From: an uncultured Candidatus Saccharibacteria bacterium
GTDB lineage: Bacteria; Patescibacteriota; Minisyncoccia; Phycocordibacterales; UBA9973
Length of the DNA: 64,000 nt
Assembly (NCBI GenBank): GCA_964544225.1
Contig: CAZIZK010000002.1
Span: forward strand, 69,452 to 133,451
Direction of reading: 5' to 3'
In this document: positions 1 to 9,155 of the stretch, in pieces
Numbering within the stretch: the first letter of the stretch is position 1
Layout: every line of letters starts with the position of its first letter
Notes under the pieces: generated by a model
The model's input: only the letters and a program-made list of their open reading frames with translations
What the model was told of the DNA's origin: nothing
Databases searched by the model: none
Translations under genes and position numbers: made by a program

Positions 1-83
1 TCATGGCTTGGTATGATAATGAAATGGGGTATACACATACACTTGTCGATCACGTAATCAAAACCGGCCAGAGTATAAAATAA
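1..83 (+). CDS. gap: Glyceraldehyde-3-phosphate dehydrogenase, 3' end only
   Basis: Frame from base 3 reads MAWYDNEMGYTHTLVDHVIKTGQSIK*; WYDNExGY is the GAPDH C-terminal motif; sugar-phosphate genes follow. Confidence 0.9.
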   Translation, partial: MAWYDNEMGYTHTLVDHVIKTGQSIK

Positions 84-87
84 ATTT

Positions 88-744
88 ATGGAAGAAAATA
101 CACCACAATTAAATATGCAAGGAGATGGAATGGTTAATATTACAAAACCTATAAAAATTTTTAAATATAAAAAGAAAGCTATTTTTCTTATAATTGCTGG
201 TATTGTCGGTATAATCCTTTCAATAATATATTACAAAATGTCAGTTACTGGATGTCCTGATAGTTTAATAGATAATCTGTGTTCTGATAAAGATTTAATA
301 AATAATAAAATTACAACTTCTTACCAAACAAGTTATTATTTATTTGTAGCTATTATTGTATTTATAGCTGGTATATTTCTGTATAAAAAAAAGAAAATAG
401 GTTTGTATTTATTTTTGGTTTCTGTGTCTATGATTATCTTTAGTATTTTTTTACCAAAGGATCTTACACATATCTACAAAATTGTTTTTAATTCTAATAA
501 TTTATTTTTAAATTCAATTATTACCGCAACTGCTTTTGGTTTCATTTTCTTCCCAGTTTTAATAGGTTTATATTTTTATTTTTTTGCTATATTTTTTAAT
601 TTATTTTCAATAAAAAAATGGGCATATTTATTTAATATAAATACATCAAAATTATGGTTTTTCTGTTTAAAAATGATAGGTTTTTATTTTATTTTGTTTG
701 AAGTTATAAATATATTTAGAAAATTAATTTACTTAGCTTTATGA
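88..744 (+). CDS. Hypothetical multi-pass membrane protein, very AT-rich
   Basis: 218-aa ORF with about 5 hydrophobic segments; stop overlaps the rpiB ATG (ATGA). Confidence 0.7.
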   Translation: MEENTPQLNMQGDGMVNITKPIKIFKYKKKAIFLIIAGIVGIILSIIYYKMSVTGCPDSLIDNLCSDKDLINNKITTSYQTSYYLFVAIIVFIAGIFLYKKKKIGLYLFLVSVSMIIFSIFLPKDLTHIYKIVFNSNNLFLNSIITATAFGFIFFPVLIGLYFYFFAIFFNLFSIKKWAYLFNINTSKLWFFCLKMIGFYFILFEVINIFRKLIYLAL

Positions 745-1205
745 AAATATACATAGGGACAGATCATGCGGGGTTTGAGTTGAAGAATAAATTGAAAGTA
801 TTCTTGGGTACTTTGAATGGGTCTGGCTACGAGGTGGTAGACATGGGGGCGAATGAATATCACGAAAATGATGATTACCCAGACTTTATCCGCCCAGTGG
901 CCGAAGCTGTGGTGACTGATGAATTGTCTATCGAAGCACCAGTCAAATCTTTTGGCATAATACTTGGCGGAAGTGGCAATGGCGAGGCCATGTGTGCTAA
1001 CCGCATAAAAGGTGCCAGGGCTGCTGTGTACCACGGAGGCAATCTAGATATTGTAAAGTTTGCCCGTGCACATAACAATGCCAATATATTGTCTTTAGGT
1101 GCGCGCTATGTCAGCGAGGAAGAGGCAATGTATGCTGTACGTATATTTATCGATACAGCCTTTACTGGTGAGGCTCGCCATATAAGACGACTTAATAAAT
1201 TTTAA
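741..1205 (+). CDS. rpiB: Ribose-5-phosphate isomerase B (RpiB/LacA/LacB family)
   Basis: GTDHAGF, DDYPD, GGSGNGEAMCANR, ARAHNNANILSLGAR motifs. Confidence 0.95.
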   Translation: MKIYIGTDHAGFELKNKLKVFLGTLNGSGYEVVDMGANEYHENDDYPDFIRPVAEAVVTDELSIEAPVKSFGIILGGSGNGEAMCANRIKGARAAVYHGGNLDIVKFARAHNNANILSLGARYVSEEEAMYAVRIFIDTAFTGEARHIRRLNKF

Positions 1206-1208
1206 AAA

Positions 1209-1910
1209 ATGAAGATCATCCCTGCCATAATGCCAGAGAATTTTATAGACATGCGCCACAAAATGGGGGTTATACTTGGTGCTGTGCCGATAGTACAGCT
1301 CGATATCATGGATGGCCGTTTTGTTCGTGAGCGAACATTTCCATACAACAGTGGTGACGAGGTAGATATGGCAAAATTGGAAAGCGAGGATGGTGGCATG
1401 CCGTATTGGCAAGATGTAGATGTAGAGTTGGACTTGATGGTCCGCTACGCACATAAATCCTTTGATATGTTTATGGCTTTTGCCCCAAAGAGGATCATCT
1501 ATCATATCGAAGCCGAAGCTACAAATGAAAAGGAGATGGAAGAGTTCAAAGAATACCTAGAAGCGATAGACATGTACACTCGCGAGAGTGTAGAGTTCGG
1601 CCTAGCTATAGGGAACGACACACCTCTTGAAAGTATCTACCCACTTATACCATTTGTATCATTCGTACAATGTATGGGTATTGCCAATATTGGCTATCAA
1701 GGTGAGCCATTTGATGAAAGAGTTATTGAAAGAGTAACAACTTTGAAAGAAAAATTCCCAGATATGGAGGTAAGTGTAGACGGCTCGGTAAATGAGGACA
1801 CAATACACACACTACAAGACGCCGGTGTAGATAGATATGTAATAGGTAGTGCAATATTTGGGGACTCAGACCCACGTGGCAAGATAAAAGAATTCCAAAA
1901 TATGTTATAA
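1209..1910 (+). CDS. rpe: Ribulose-phosphate 3-epimerase
   Basis: IIPAI, QLDIMDGRFV, DLMV, VDGSVN, VIGSAIF motifs; pentose phosphate operon context. Confidence 0.9.
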   Translation: MKIIPAIMPENFIDMRHKMGVILGAVPIVQLDIMDGRFVRERTFPYNSGDEVDMAKLESEDGGMPYWQDVDVELDLMVRYAHKSFDMFMAFAPKRIIYHIEAEATNEKEMEEFKEYLEAIDMYTRESVEFGLAIGNDTPLESIYPLIPFVSFVQCMGIANIGYQGEPFDERVIERVTTLKEKFPDMEVSVDGSVNEDTIHTLQDAGVDRYVIGSAIFGDSDPRGKIKEFQNML

Positions 1911-1922
1911 TTAAATTTATAC

Positions 1923-2792
1923 ATGGAAGAATTGAATGCTGAAAAATTAAAATTCCTACGAATCAAAGCGACAGAGATCCGCGAGAGTATTATTAGTATG
2001 TTGCTGGAGGCAAAGAGCGGGCACACTGCAGGACCACTGGGTATGGCAGACATCTTTACACTACTTTATTTCCACGCTATGCATAATGATCCAAAGGATC
2101 CGTACATGAAGAACCGTGATCGACTAGTATTGTCAAACGGGCATATCTGCCCAGTATTGTATGCGACTATGGCACACCGTGGGTATTTCCCTATAGAGGA
2201 ATTGAAGACTTTAAGAAAATTTGGCAGTCGCCTACAAGGCCACCCACACCGCGAGTTCATGCCATGGCTTGAAACTTCATCGGGCCCACTGGGAAGTGGA
2301 CTTTCACAAGCAGTGGGTATGGCTATAGCCGACAGGATGGACAATGGTGTAAATACACATACTACAATGTATGCACTACTTTCCGATGGTGAGCATGATG
2401 AAGGTAATATATGGGAGGCAGTGATACTGGGTGCAAAAGAAAAGCTAGGCAACCTAATAGCCATTATTGACCGCAACAATATCCAGATCGACGGCTATAC
2501 CGAGGATGTAATGCCACTAGGGGATATGAGCAAGAAATACAAAGAGTTCGGCTGGCATGTGCAGGAGATCAATGGCCACAATATGGAAGATATAAACAAT
2601 GCTATCAATACAGCAAAGGCAGTGCGTGACAAGCCATCTGTAATAGTGGCGCGTACTATCCCGGGTAAAGGTGTGAAGGAATTTGAATACGACTTCCACT
2701 GGCATGGAGTGGCACCGGATCGCGAGCAGGCCAACATGGCTTTGAAGGAACTGCGTACATTACAAGGCCAGATAGAGGGGGAACACATGTAA
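1923..2792 (+). CDS. tkt: Transketolase, N-terminal (TPP-binding) subunit
   Basis: SGH, RDRLVLSNGH, LQGHP, SDGEHDEGNIWEA, WHG motifs. Confidence 0.95.
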   Translation: MEELNAEKLKFLRIKATEIRESIISMLLEAKSGHTAGPLGMADIFTLLYFHAMHNDPKDPYMKNRDRLVLSNGHICPVLYATMAHRGYFPIEELKTLRKFGSRLQGHPHREFMPWLETSSGPLGSGLSQAVGMAIADRMDNGVNTHTTMYALLSDGEHDEGNIWEAVILGAKEKLGNLIAIIDRNNIQIDGYTEDVMPLGDMSKKYKEFGWHVQEINGHNMEDINNAINTAKAVRDKPSVIVARTIPGKGVKEFEYDFHWHGVAPDREQANMALKELRTLQGQIEGEHM

Positions 2793-2800
2793 AATATTTT

Positions 2801-3787
2801 ATGTTAAATCAATCATTAAAATTAAATACAAAAATGTGGAACGACGATGTGGAACAGCTACCAATACGCAAAGGCTTTGGCCAAGGGTTATTGAAAGCGG
2901 GTGAGAACGATGCCAACATTGTCGCACTATGTGCTGACCTGACCGAGAGTACTCAAATGCATTTCTTTAAAGAAAGATTTCCTGAAAGATTTGTACAGAT
3001 AGGTGTCGCCGAGCAGAACCTAGTAACAGTAGCAAGTGGTATGAGTGCCATGGGAAAAATCCCTTTTGTATCTAGCTATGCGATGTTTAGCCCAGGCAGA
3101 AATTGGGAACAGATTCGTACAACTATTGCATACAATGACAGGAAGGTGGTGATAGTCGGCTCACATGCTGGTATATCTGTTGGTCCCGATGGAGGTACAC
3201 ACCAAGCTATCGAGGATATGGCTATCATGCGTGTGATACCCAATATGGTGGTGATATCACCATGCGACGCTATCGAGGCCAGGAAGGCGACCCTCGCACT
3301 TGCAAAAAGTAAGGAGCCAGCATACCTGCGCCTCGCTCGCGAGAAGACTCCGATAATGACTACCGATGATACACCTTTTGAGATAGGAAAGGCACAGATA
3401 ATGTTCGTACCAGAAGCAGGCCTTGCCCAAGTAGGTATCATTGCAACAGGCGCACTCGTACACAAGGCACTTGTGGCGGCAAAGCAATTGGAAGGCGAGG
3501 GCATAAAAGTAAAAGTAATGAATATAGCAACTATCAAGCCACTGGATACCGAGGCGGTGATAGCGCTTGCAAAAGAAGCTAAGAAAATTATAACAGTCGA
3601 GGAGCACCAGATAGCCGGAGGCCTTGGAAGCGCTGTGGCTGAATGCCTAGCCGAGAACTATCCGGTAAAGATAAAGTTCATCGGAGTTCATGACAAATTC
3701 GGTCAGTCTGGCACCCCAGCAGAACTTATTGAACATTATGGTATGGGGGTAAAAGACATACTAAAAGCAGTAAAGGAAATCTTATAA
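2801..3787 (+). CDS. tkt: Transketolase, C-terminal subunit
   Basis: GVAEQN, GPDGGTHQ, TIKPLD, EEHQIAGGLGSAV motifs. Confidence 0.95.
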   Translation: MLNQSLKLNTKMWNDDVEQLPIRKGFGQGLLKAGENDANIVALCADLTESTQMHFFKERFPERFVQIGVAEQNLVTVASGMSAMGKIPFVSSYAMFSPGRNWEQIRTTIAYNDRKVVIVGSHAGISVGPDGGTHQAIEDMAIMRVIPNMVVISPCDAIEARKATLALAKSKEPAYLRLAREKTPIMTTDDTPFEIGKAQIMFVPEAGLAQVGIIATGALVHKALVAAKQLEGEGIKVKVMNIATIKPLDTEAVIALAKEAKKIITVEEHQIAGGLGSAVAECLAENYPVKIKFIGVHDKFGQSGTPAELIEHYGMGVKDILKAVKEIL

Positions 3788-3807
3788 TAAATAAGCATTT
3801 CGTGTTA

Positions 3808-3827
3808 ATATATATATATATATATAT
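3808..3827 (+). repeat. (AT)10 dinucleotide tract between the -10 box and start codon of a surface protein gene
   Basis: GTGTTAATATATATATATATATATATG read directly from the sequence. Confidence 0.9.
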
Positions 3828-6636
3828 GAATTCAAGCAATAAATTAAAACAAATATTTATATCTACATTTATTGTTGGTATTTTTGTATTATTCTTAATA
3901 CCTTTAAATACAAATGCAGCAACTTGGACACAACAATTAGGTTCAGGTAGTAGGTATTGGTCCGATGTAGCTTCATCATCTGATGGTACAAAATTGGTAG
4001 CGGTAGGAAATAATAGTTCTGATGGAGTATATATCTACACATCAACCGACAGTGGAGCAACCTGGACAGAGCGAACAGGTGCAGGACAGCATAATTGGAG
4101 AGGGGTAGCTTCTTCATCTGATGGTACAAAATTGGTAGCTATATATTATGATGGTTCCGCTGGTTCTATATACACATCAAGTGACAGTGGGGCAAACTGG
4201 ACAGAGCGTACAGGCGCTGGTTCTAGGCAATTTTTTTCAGTCGCATCATCTGCTGATGGTACAAAGCTTGTAATTGGTGTAATTGGTGGTGGATATATCT
4301 ACACATCAAGTGACAGTGGGGCAAACTGGACAGAGCGTACAGGCGCTGGTAGCTCATATTGGTACAGTGTTGCATCATCAGCTGACGGTACAAAATTAGT
4401 AGCAGTAAAAAATACAGGTCTCGGTTCTGACTATATCTATACATCCACTGACAGTGGAGCAAACTGGACAGAGCGCACAGGTGCTGGTAATAAGCGTTGG
4501 ACAAGCGTTGCATCATCTACTGATGGTACAAAATTGGTAGCAGTAGAAGATAATAATAGTAATGCTGGTGGGGGGTATGTATACACATCTACTGACAGTG
4601 GTGCAAACTGGACACAACAAACTGGTTCGGGTCTTGATTTTTGGCAGAGTGTTGCATCATCTGCTGATGGTAGTATATTGATAGCAACAACATATAATTA
4701 TATATATCTATCTTACGATAGTGGTGTTAGTTGGGCAGCACAAACTCTTGCAGGTAATCAAACTTGGGGAAGCACTGCTTCATCGTCTGATGGTACAAAA
4801 TTCATTACATTTGCACCTGGTCCTGGTAATCTAGGTTATATATACACATCTCCTGCGATTGTCCCTTCGTTAACAACAGGTGCATCTTCATCTACAACAC
4901 AAACAACAACAACGTTATCTAGTAATATGGTAGATATAGGTGCAGACACACCAACAATACGAGGTGTCCAATATGGATTAACAACATCTTATGGATCAAC
5001 AGCTTCAGAAAGTGGTTCATTTAGTACAGGTGTGTACACCTTGGGATTAACAGGTCTGACTTGTAACTCTACTTATCATTATCGTGCATACTCAACCAAT
5101 AGTTCTGGTACAGGATACGGTAGCGACGCAACATTTAGTACTTCTTATTGTGCACCTACCATGACTTCTGGATCTTCTTCATCTATAGCTAGCACAACAG
5201 CAACTCTAGCTGGTGAAATAACGGCAAATGGTGGAGCAACAAGTACCATACGAGGTTTCCAATATGGCACAACAACCTCTTATGGATCCACAGTTTCAGA
5301 AAGTGGGTCATATGGACCATTTGGTACATACCTCTCCCAATTTGGAACAAATGGTGGTGGTGACGGAGAGCTTGATTATAGTCAAGGAATTGAAACAGAT
5401 TCTTCTGGTAATATATATGTTGTTGATCAGTATAATGGACGCGTTCAGAAATTTAACTCTAGTGGAACTTTTGTTTGGAAAACAAGTTATGCATTTGACT
5501 ATCCTACTGGTATAGCTATTGACTCATCGGGTAATCTTTATGTTCTTGATGGTAATAGTACAGTTGTAAAGCTCGACCCTTCTGGTATATATGTATCCCA
5601 ATTCAGTTCAAATGGTTCTGGCAATGGAGAGTTAGCATACCCTTATGCAATAGCTATTGACTCAGATGATAATATTTATATAGCTGATAGTGGTAATAGC
5701 CGTATTCAGAAATTCGATCCAAGTGGTGTGTATCTTTTGCAGTGGGATGGAAGTGATAGTCCTGATGGAGCTCTATCCGTTCCTCGAGGTATTGCAGTTG
5801 GTGCAGATGGTAATATATATGTATCTGAGCGTAATGCCTCAAGAAGAATTATAAAATTTACACCTTCTGGAGTTTATATTTCTCAATTCGGATCATCAGG
5901 CTCTGGAGATGGACAGTTTAATAGACCTCATGGTATAACAGTCGATTCTTTAGGTAATATATACGTAGCTGATATGAATAACAACCGTATTCAGAAATTC
6001 GATTCTACTGGTGCCTATGTAGCCCAATTCGGCTCATCTGGTTCTGGAAATGTAGAATTCTCGCAACCTTTTGATGTGGCTATAGATTCAAATAATAATA
6101 TATATGTATCTGATACTAATAATAATCGTGTCCAAAAGTTAGCAGTTTCTGGTAACTACACAGCTTCACTTACAGGTCTTGTGTGTGGAACCACATACCA
6201 CTACCGTGCGTATGCTACAAACTCTATAGATACTGGATATGGATCTGACGCGACATTTACCACATCTGCATGTGCTACAAGTTCTGCAACAGGTTCATCG
6301 GCTGGTAGTAGAATACAAAATTTATTAAATATGGGTAAAGTGGATGAGGCGCAAAAATTAGCACTCCAATTTCCAAATGCAGTAACTCCAACTCAAAATC
6401 AATTCAATACCCCAGGTATACAAATAACAAAGAAGCTGATAAGGGGTATTAAAGACAATGAAGTAAAGACACTTCAAACCATACTAAATAAAATATTAAA
6501 TATGAATCTAGTAATCGACGGAGCTTTTGGACTAAAGACTCGTAATGCTGTTATGGAATTTCAAAAGAAATATAATCTAAAGGCCGATGGGGTAGTAGGG
6601 CCTATGACAAGAGGGGTATTAAATAAATTATTATAG
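3826..6636 (+). CDS. Secreted modular surface protein: signal peptide, Asp-box/BNR beta-propeller, FN3-like domains, NHL propeller, C-terminal peptidoglycan-binding domain
   Basis: Repeats YTSxDSGANW; NHL repeats (P-GIAVDS-GNIYVAD--N-RIQKF); TYHYRAY FN3-like units; DGAFG..T..AV..FQ....L..DGVVGP.T. Start moved to ATG 3826 to match the paralog at 25806. Confidence 0.9.
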   Translation: MNSSNKLKQIFISTFIVGIFVLFLIPLNTNAATWTQQLGSGSRYWSDVASSSDGTKLVAVGNNSSDGVYIYTSTDSGATWTERTGAGQHNWRGVASSSDGTKLVAIYYDGSAGSIYTSSDSGANWTERTGAGSRQFFSVASSADGTKLVIGVIGGGYIYTSSDSGANWTERTGAGSSYWYSVASSADGTKLVAVKNTGLGSDYIYTSTDSGANWTERTGAGNKRWTSVASSTDGTKLVAVEDNNSNAGGGYVYTSTDSGANWTQQTGSGLDFWQSVASSADGSILIATTYNYIYLSYDSGVSWAAQTLAGNQTWGSTASSSDGTKFITFAPGPGNLGYIYTSPAIVPSLTTGASSSTTQTTTTLSSNMVDIGADTPTIRGVQYGLTTSYGSTASESGSFSTGVYTLGLTGLTCNSTYHYRAYSTNSSGTGYGSDATFSTSYCAPTMTSGSSSSIASTTATLAGEITANGGATSTIRGFQYGTTTSYGSTVSESGSYGPFGTYLSQFGTNGGGDGELDYSQGIETDSSGNIYVVDQYNGRVQKFNSSGTFVWKTSYAFDYPTGIAIDSSGNLYVLDGNSTVVKLDPSGIYVSQFSSNGSGNGELAYPYAIAIDSDDNIYIADSGNSRIQKFDPSGVYLLQWDGSDSPDGALSVPRGIAVGADGNIYVSERNASRRIIKFTPSGVYISQFGSSGSGDGQFNRPHGITVDSLGNIYVADMNNNRIQKFDSTGAYVAQFGSSGSGNVEFSQPFDVAIDSNNNIYVSDTNNNRVQKLAVSGNYTASLTGLVCGTTYHYRAYATNSIDTGYGSDATFTTSACATSSATGSSAGSRIQNLLNMGKVDEAQKLALQFPNAVTPTQNQFNTPGIQITKKLIRGIKDNEVKTLQTILNKILNMNLVIDGAFGLKTRNAVMEFQKKYNLKADGVVGPMTRGVLNKLL

Positions 6637-6690
6637 ATATTAAGTAAAACTTGGAAGCAAGGCTTCCAAGTGACATAATATAAAAAGAAA

Positions 6691-6719
6691 AAAAGAGCAC
6701 TTTGGTTATGTGCTCTTTT
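6691..6719. terminator. Bidirectional intrinsic terminator
   Basis: AAAAGAGCAC/GTGCTCTTTT stem between convergent genes; a second hairpin lies at 6649-6671. Confidence 0.75.
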
Positions 6720-6740
6720 CTTAATGGGGGTGTGTAGAGG

Positions 6741-7046
6741 TTAATTTATGATTTTTTTGATTTCGTCTTGTAGACGATGTACTTCTGCTTTTTCTTTGTG
6801 GATTTCAATAAAAGCTGGGTCTCTTTCAGGGTGTTGATAAATTTCTTCGGCAAAATGTCTTTGAATTGAGTTGTCGCTATCTAATCCATCAATTGTTGAA
6901 TTAAATTTTGCTTCCAAGCTAGCAATTCTTACATTATGTTGGTTGATTTCATCAAGCATCTGATTCATAATTTCCTCTTGTTCTTTTGTTAGAACTGGTC
7001 CTTCTAGATGTTTCTGTATCATAGTTTTGGAGTTTAGGTGGGACAA
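6741..7046 (-). CDS. Hypothetical helical protein (orphan)
   Basis: 101-aa ORF with upstream TTGACA boxes and a downstream terminator; start could be ATG 7022. Confidence 0.6.
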   Translation of the reverse strand: MSHLNSKTMIQKHLEGPVLTKEQEEIMNQMLDEINQHNVRIASLEAKFNSTIDGLDSDNSIQRHFAEEIYQHPERDPAFIEIHKEKAEVHRLQDEIKKIIN

Positions 7047-7118
7047 TTGTTTAAAGAATTATAAACAATTACACCCTGTGTGTCAACAGGGTGTAATTTG
7101 TCAATATTTTATAAGTGT

Positions 7119-8111
7119 TTAGTTGATCTTACTGATCTTGTAATCTGCTGGGGCTTTGGCTAGGTGTTCCTCGAGTTTATCTTTGAACAATAGTCCTGCT
7201 TGAGCACCAACTTTCTGTACCACTGACATAGAGTTGATAGGTGCCCAAGTCATGGCCTCGGCTAGAGTCTTACCCATACACAATACTGCTGTAATAGTAG
7301 ATGAAAAAGCGTCTCCAGCACCTGTACGTTCGTATGGTTCGTGTGGATACACCGGCATAAAGAATGCGTCAGTACCGTCATATGCATAGGCACCCTTGAT
7401 ACCATCGGTCATGATTATTATCTTTGGGCCAAGGTCCTTCAAACCTTGCATTAATTTGATCTTATCTTTTTCTTCTGTTGCCAATATCCTCTGAGCTTCT
7501 TCAAAATTACAGAAGAATACTTCAGTGTTCTTGTAGATATCTTTCAATATTTCAGTACCGAGCTTCATCTGGAATGTACCAGGCTGAAAAGCCAATTTTA
7601 CATTTGGGTGCTCGTTCAGGTACTGGGCTATTTGTTTATGATACTCAGTAGAGTTGGAAGCCATCGATGAAAGATATATCCACTTCGGCTCAGGCATGTT
7701 CATAGGGAAGGCGTATGGGTATTCCTCGTGCTTTACCAGTATTGTGCGTTCTACATCGTACCAAAGCACGTAGTGGAAGTTCGACTTCATGCCTTCTACA
7801 GTTGTGACATAGTCAGTTATGATATTGTTCTTCTTTAATTCGGCTACATTGTTTACACCTATGTCGTCACTACCTATATATGTCATAAGGGCAGTGTTCA
7901 GGCCTAGGCGTGCGGCAGATACAGCAGCATTTGGGCTGTTGCCTACAGCTACACACAACTCGGCAGATTCATAAGGCACTTTGTCACCAAAGCGGAGTGA
8001 TAATTTGCAGTGTTCTTGGTCCAGATCACAGGTGGCTTCTGCGTCTTTTAGTCTAATAAATGGCTCGGTGACTATGTCACCAATTGCTAAAAAGTCAATT
8101 TGTTTTTCCAT
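7119..8111 (-). CDS. PfkB-family carbohydrate kinase
   Basis: GNSPNAAVSAARLG and ERTGAGDAF PfkB signatures; terminator hairpin at 7067-7098. Confidence 0.93.
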   Translation of the reverse strand: MEKQIDFLAIGDIVTEPFIRLKDAEATCDLDQEHCKLSLRFGDKVPYESAELCVAVGNSPNAAVSAARLGLNTALMTYIGSDDIGVNNVAELKKNNIITDYVTTVEGMKSNFHYVLWYDVERTILVKHEEYPYAFPMNMPEPKWIYLSSMASNSTEYHKQIAQYLNEHPNVKLAFQPGTFQMKLGTEILKDIYKNTEVFFCNFEEAQRILATEEKDKIKLMQGLKDLGPKIIIMTDGIKGAYAYDGTDAFFMPVYPHEPYERTGAGDAFSSTITAVLCMGKTLAEAMTWAPINSMSVVQKVGAQAGLLFKDKLEEHLAKAPADYKISKIN

Positions 8112-8146
8112 AGGTACAGTATAACATAGTGTGATATAATTTTGGA

Positions 8147-9142
8147 ATGAACAAAGAAATACTTATAGATACAGTTAGTAAATTAGTAAAAGAACCAAAG
8201 GGAATACTCGCTATCGATGAGAGCATGCCTACTTGTAATACTCGATTTGAAAAATTGGGCATCCCGACAACAGAAGAAAAGCGCCGAGATTACCGTGACT
8301 TGTTAGTATCTGCCCCTGGTATAGAACAATACGTTTCTGGATATATCACATTCGACGAGACAATGCGCCAGAGCACACGCGATGGAGTAACATTCCCAAA
8401 TGTTTTAAAGAATAAGGGTATTGAGGTGGGTATCAAGCTCGATGAAGGTACAAAGAATTTCAACGACATGGGTGAGAAGGTGACAACAGGCTTGGATAGT
8501 CTGCCAACACGCATACCAGAATACAAAGCTATGGGTGCAAGCTTTGCAAAGTGGCGCGCTGTGATAAATATCGGTGATGGTTTACCAACTGACGAGGCAT
8601 TGAATGCAAATGCTCAAGCTTTATCAAAATATGCAAAGATCTGCCAAGACAATGATATCGTTCCAATAGTTGAGCCTGAAGTTCTAATCGATGGTAACCA
8701 CACTATGGAGCGTTGTTATGAGGTAACAGCAAACAACTTAGATATTTTATTTACAGCTTTAGCTAATGAAGGTGTATTTATTCCCGGCATAATTTTAAAG
8801 ACAAGTATGATCCTACCAGGTAAAGATAGTGGTATCATTGCAATACCCGAGCAAGTAGCCGAGATGACAATCAAATGTCTTCGTGAACATGTACCAGCAG
8901 ATATTGGTGGCATTGTGTTCCTCTCTGGTGGCCAGAGCGATATGGACGCAGTGTTGAACCTAAACGCAATGAAGAAGAATGCTGACTTGCCTTGGGCTCT
9001 GACATTCTCATACGGGCGTGCAATACAGAACAATGCATTACAAGCTTGGGCAAAGAATCCTACAGATATAGCCGGCGCACAAAATGCATTACTTGAATCT
9101 GCAAAGGCAAATAGCCTAGCATCTGTGGGTCAATATAAATAA
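8147..9142 (+). CDS. Fructose-bisphosphate aldolase, class I
   Basis: KGILAIDES, FAKWRAV, VPIVEPEV, FLSGGQS, TFSYGRAIQ motifs. Confidence 0.95.
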   Translation: MNKEILIDTVSKLVKEPKGILAIDESMPTCNTRFEKLGIPTTEEKRRDYRDLLVSAPGIEQYVSGYITFDETMRQSTRDGVTFPNVLKNKGIEVGIKLDEGTKNFNDMGEKVTTGLDSLPTRIPEYKAMGASFAKWRAVINIGDGLPTDEALNANAQALSKYAKICQDNDIVPIVEPEVLIDGNHTMERCYEVTANNLDILFTALANEGVFIPGIILKTSMILPGKDSGIIAIPEQVAEMTIKCLREHVPADIGGIVFLSGGQSDMDAVLNLNAMKKNADLPWALTFSYGRAIQNNALQAWAKNPTDIAGAQNALLESAKANSLASVGQYK

Positions 9143-9155
9143 TTAATTTTTCAAA

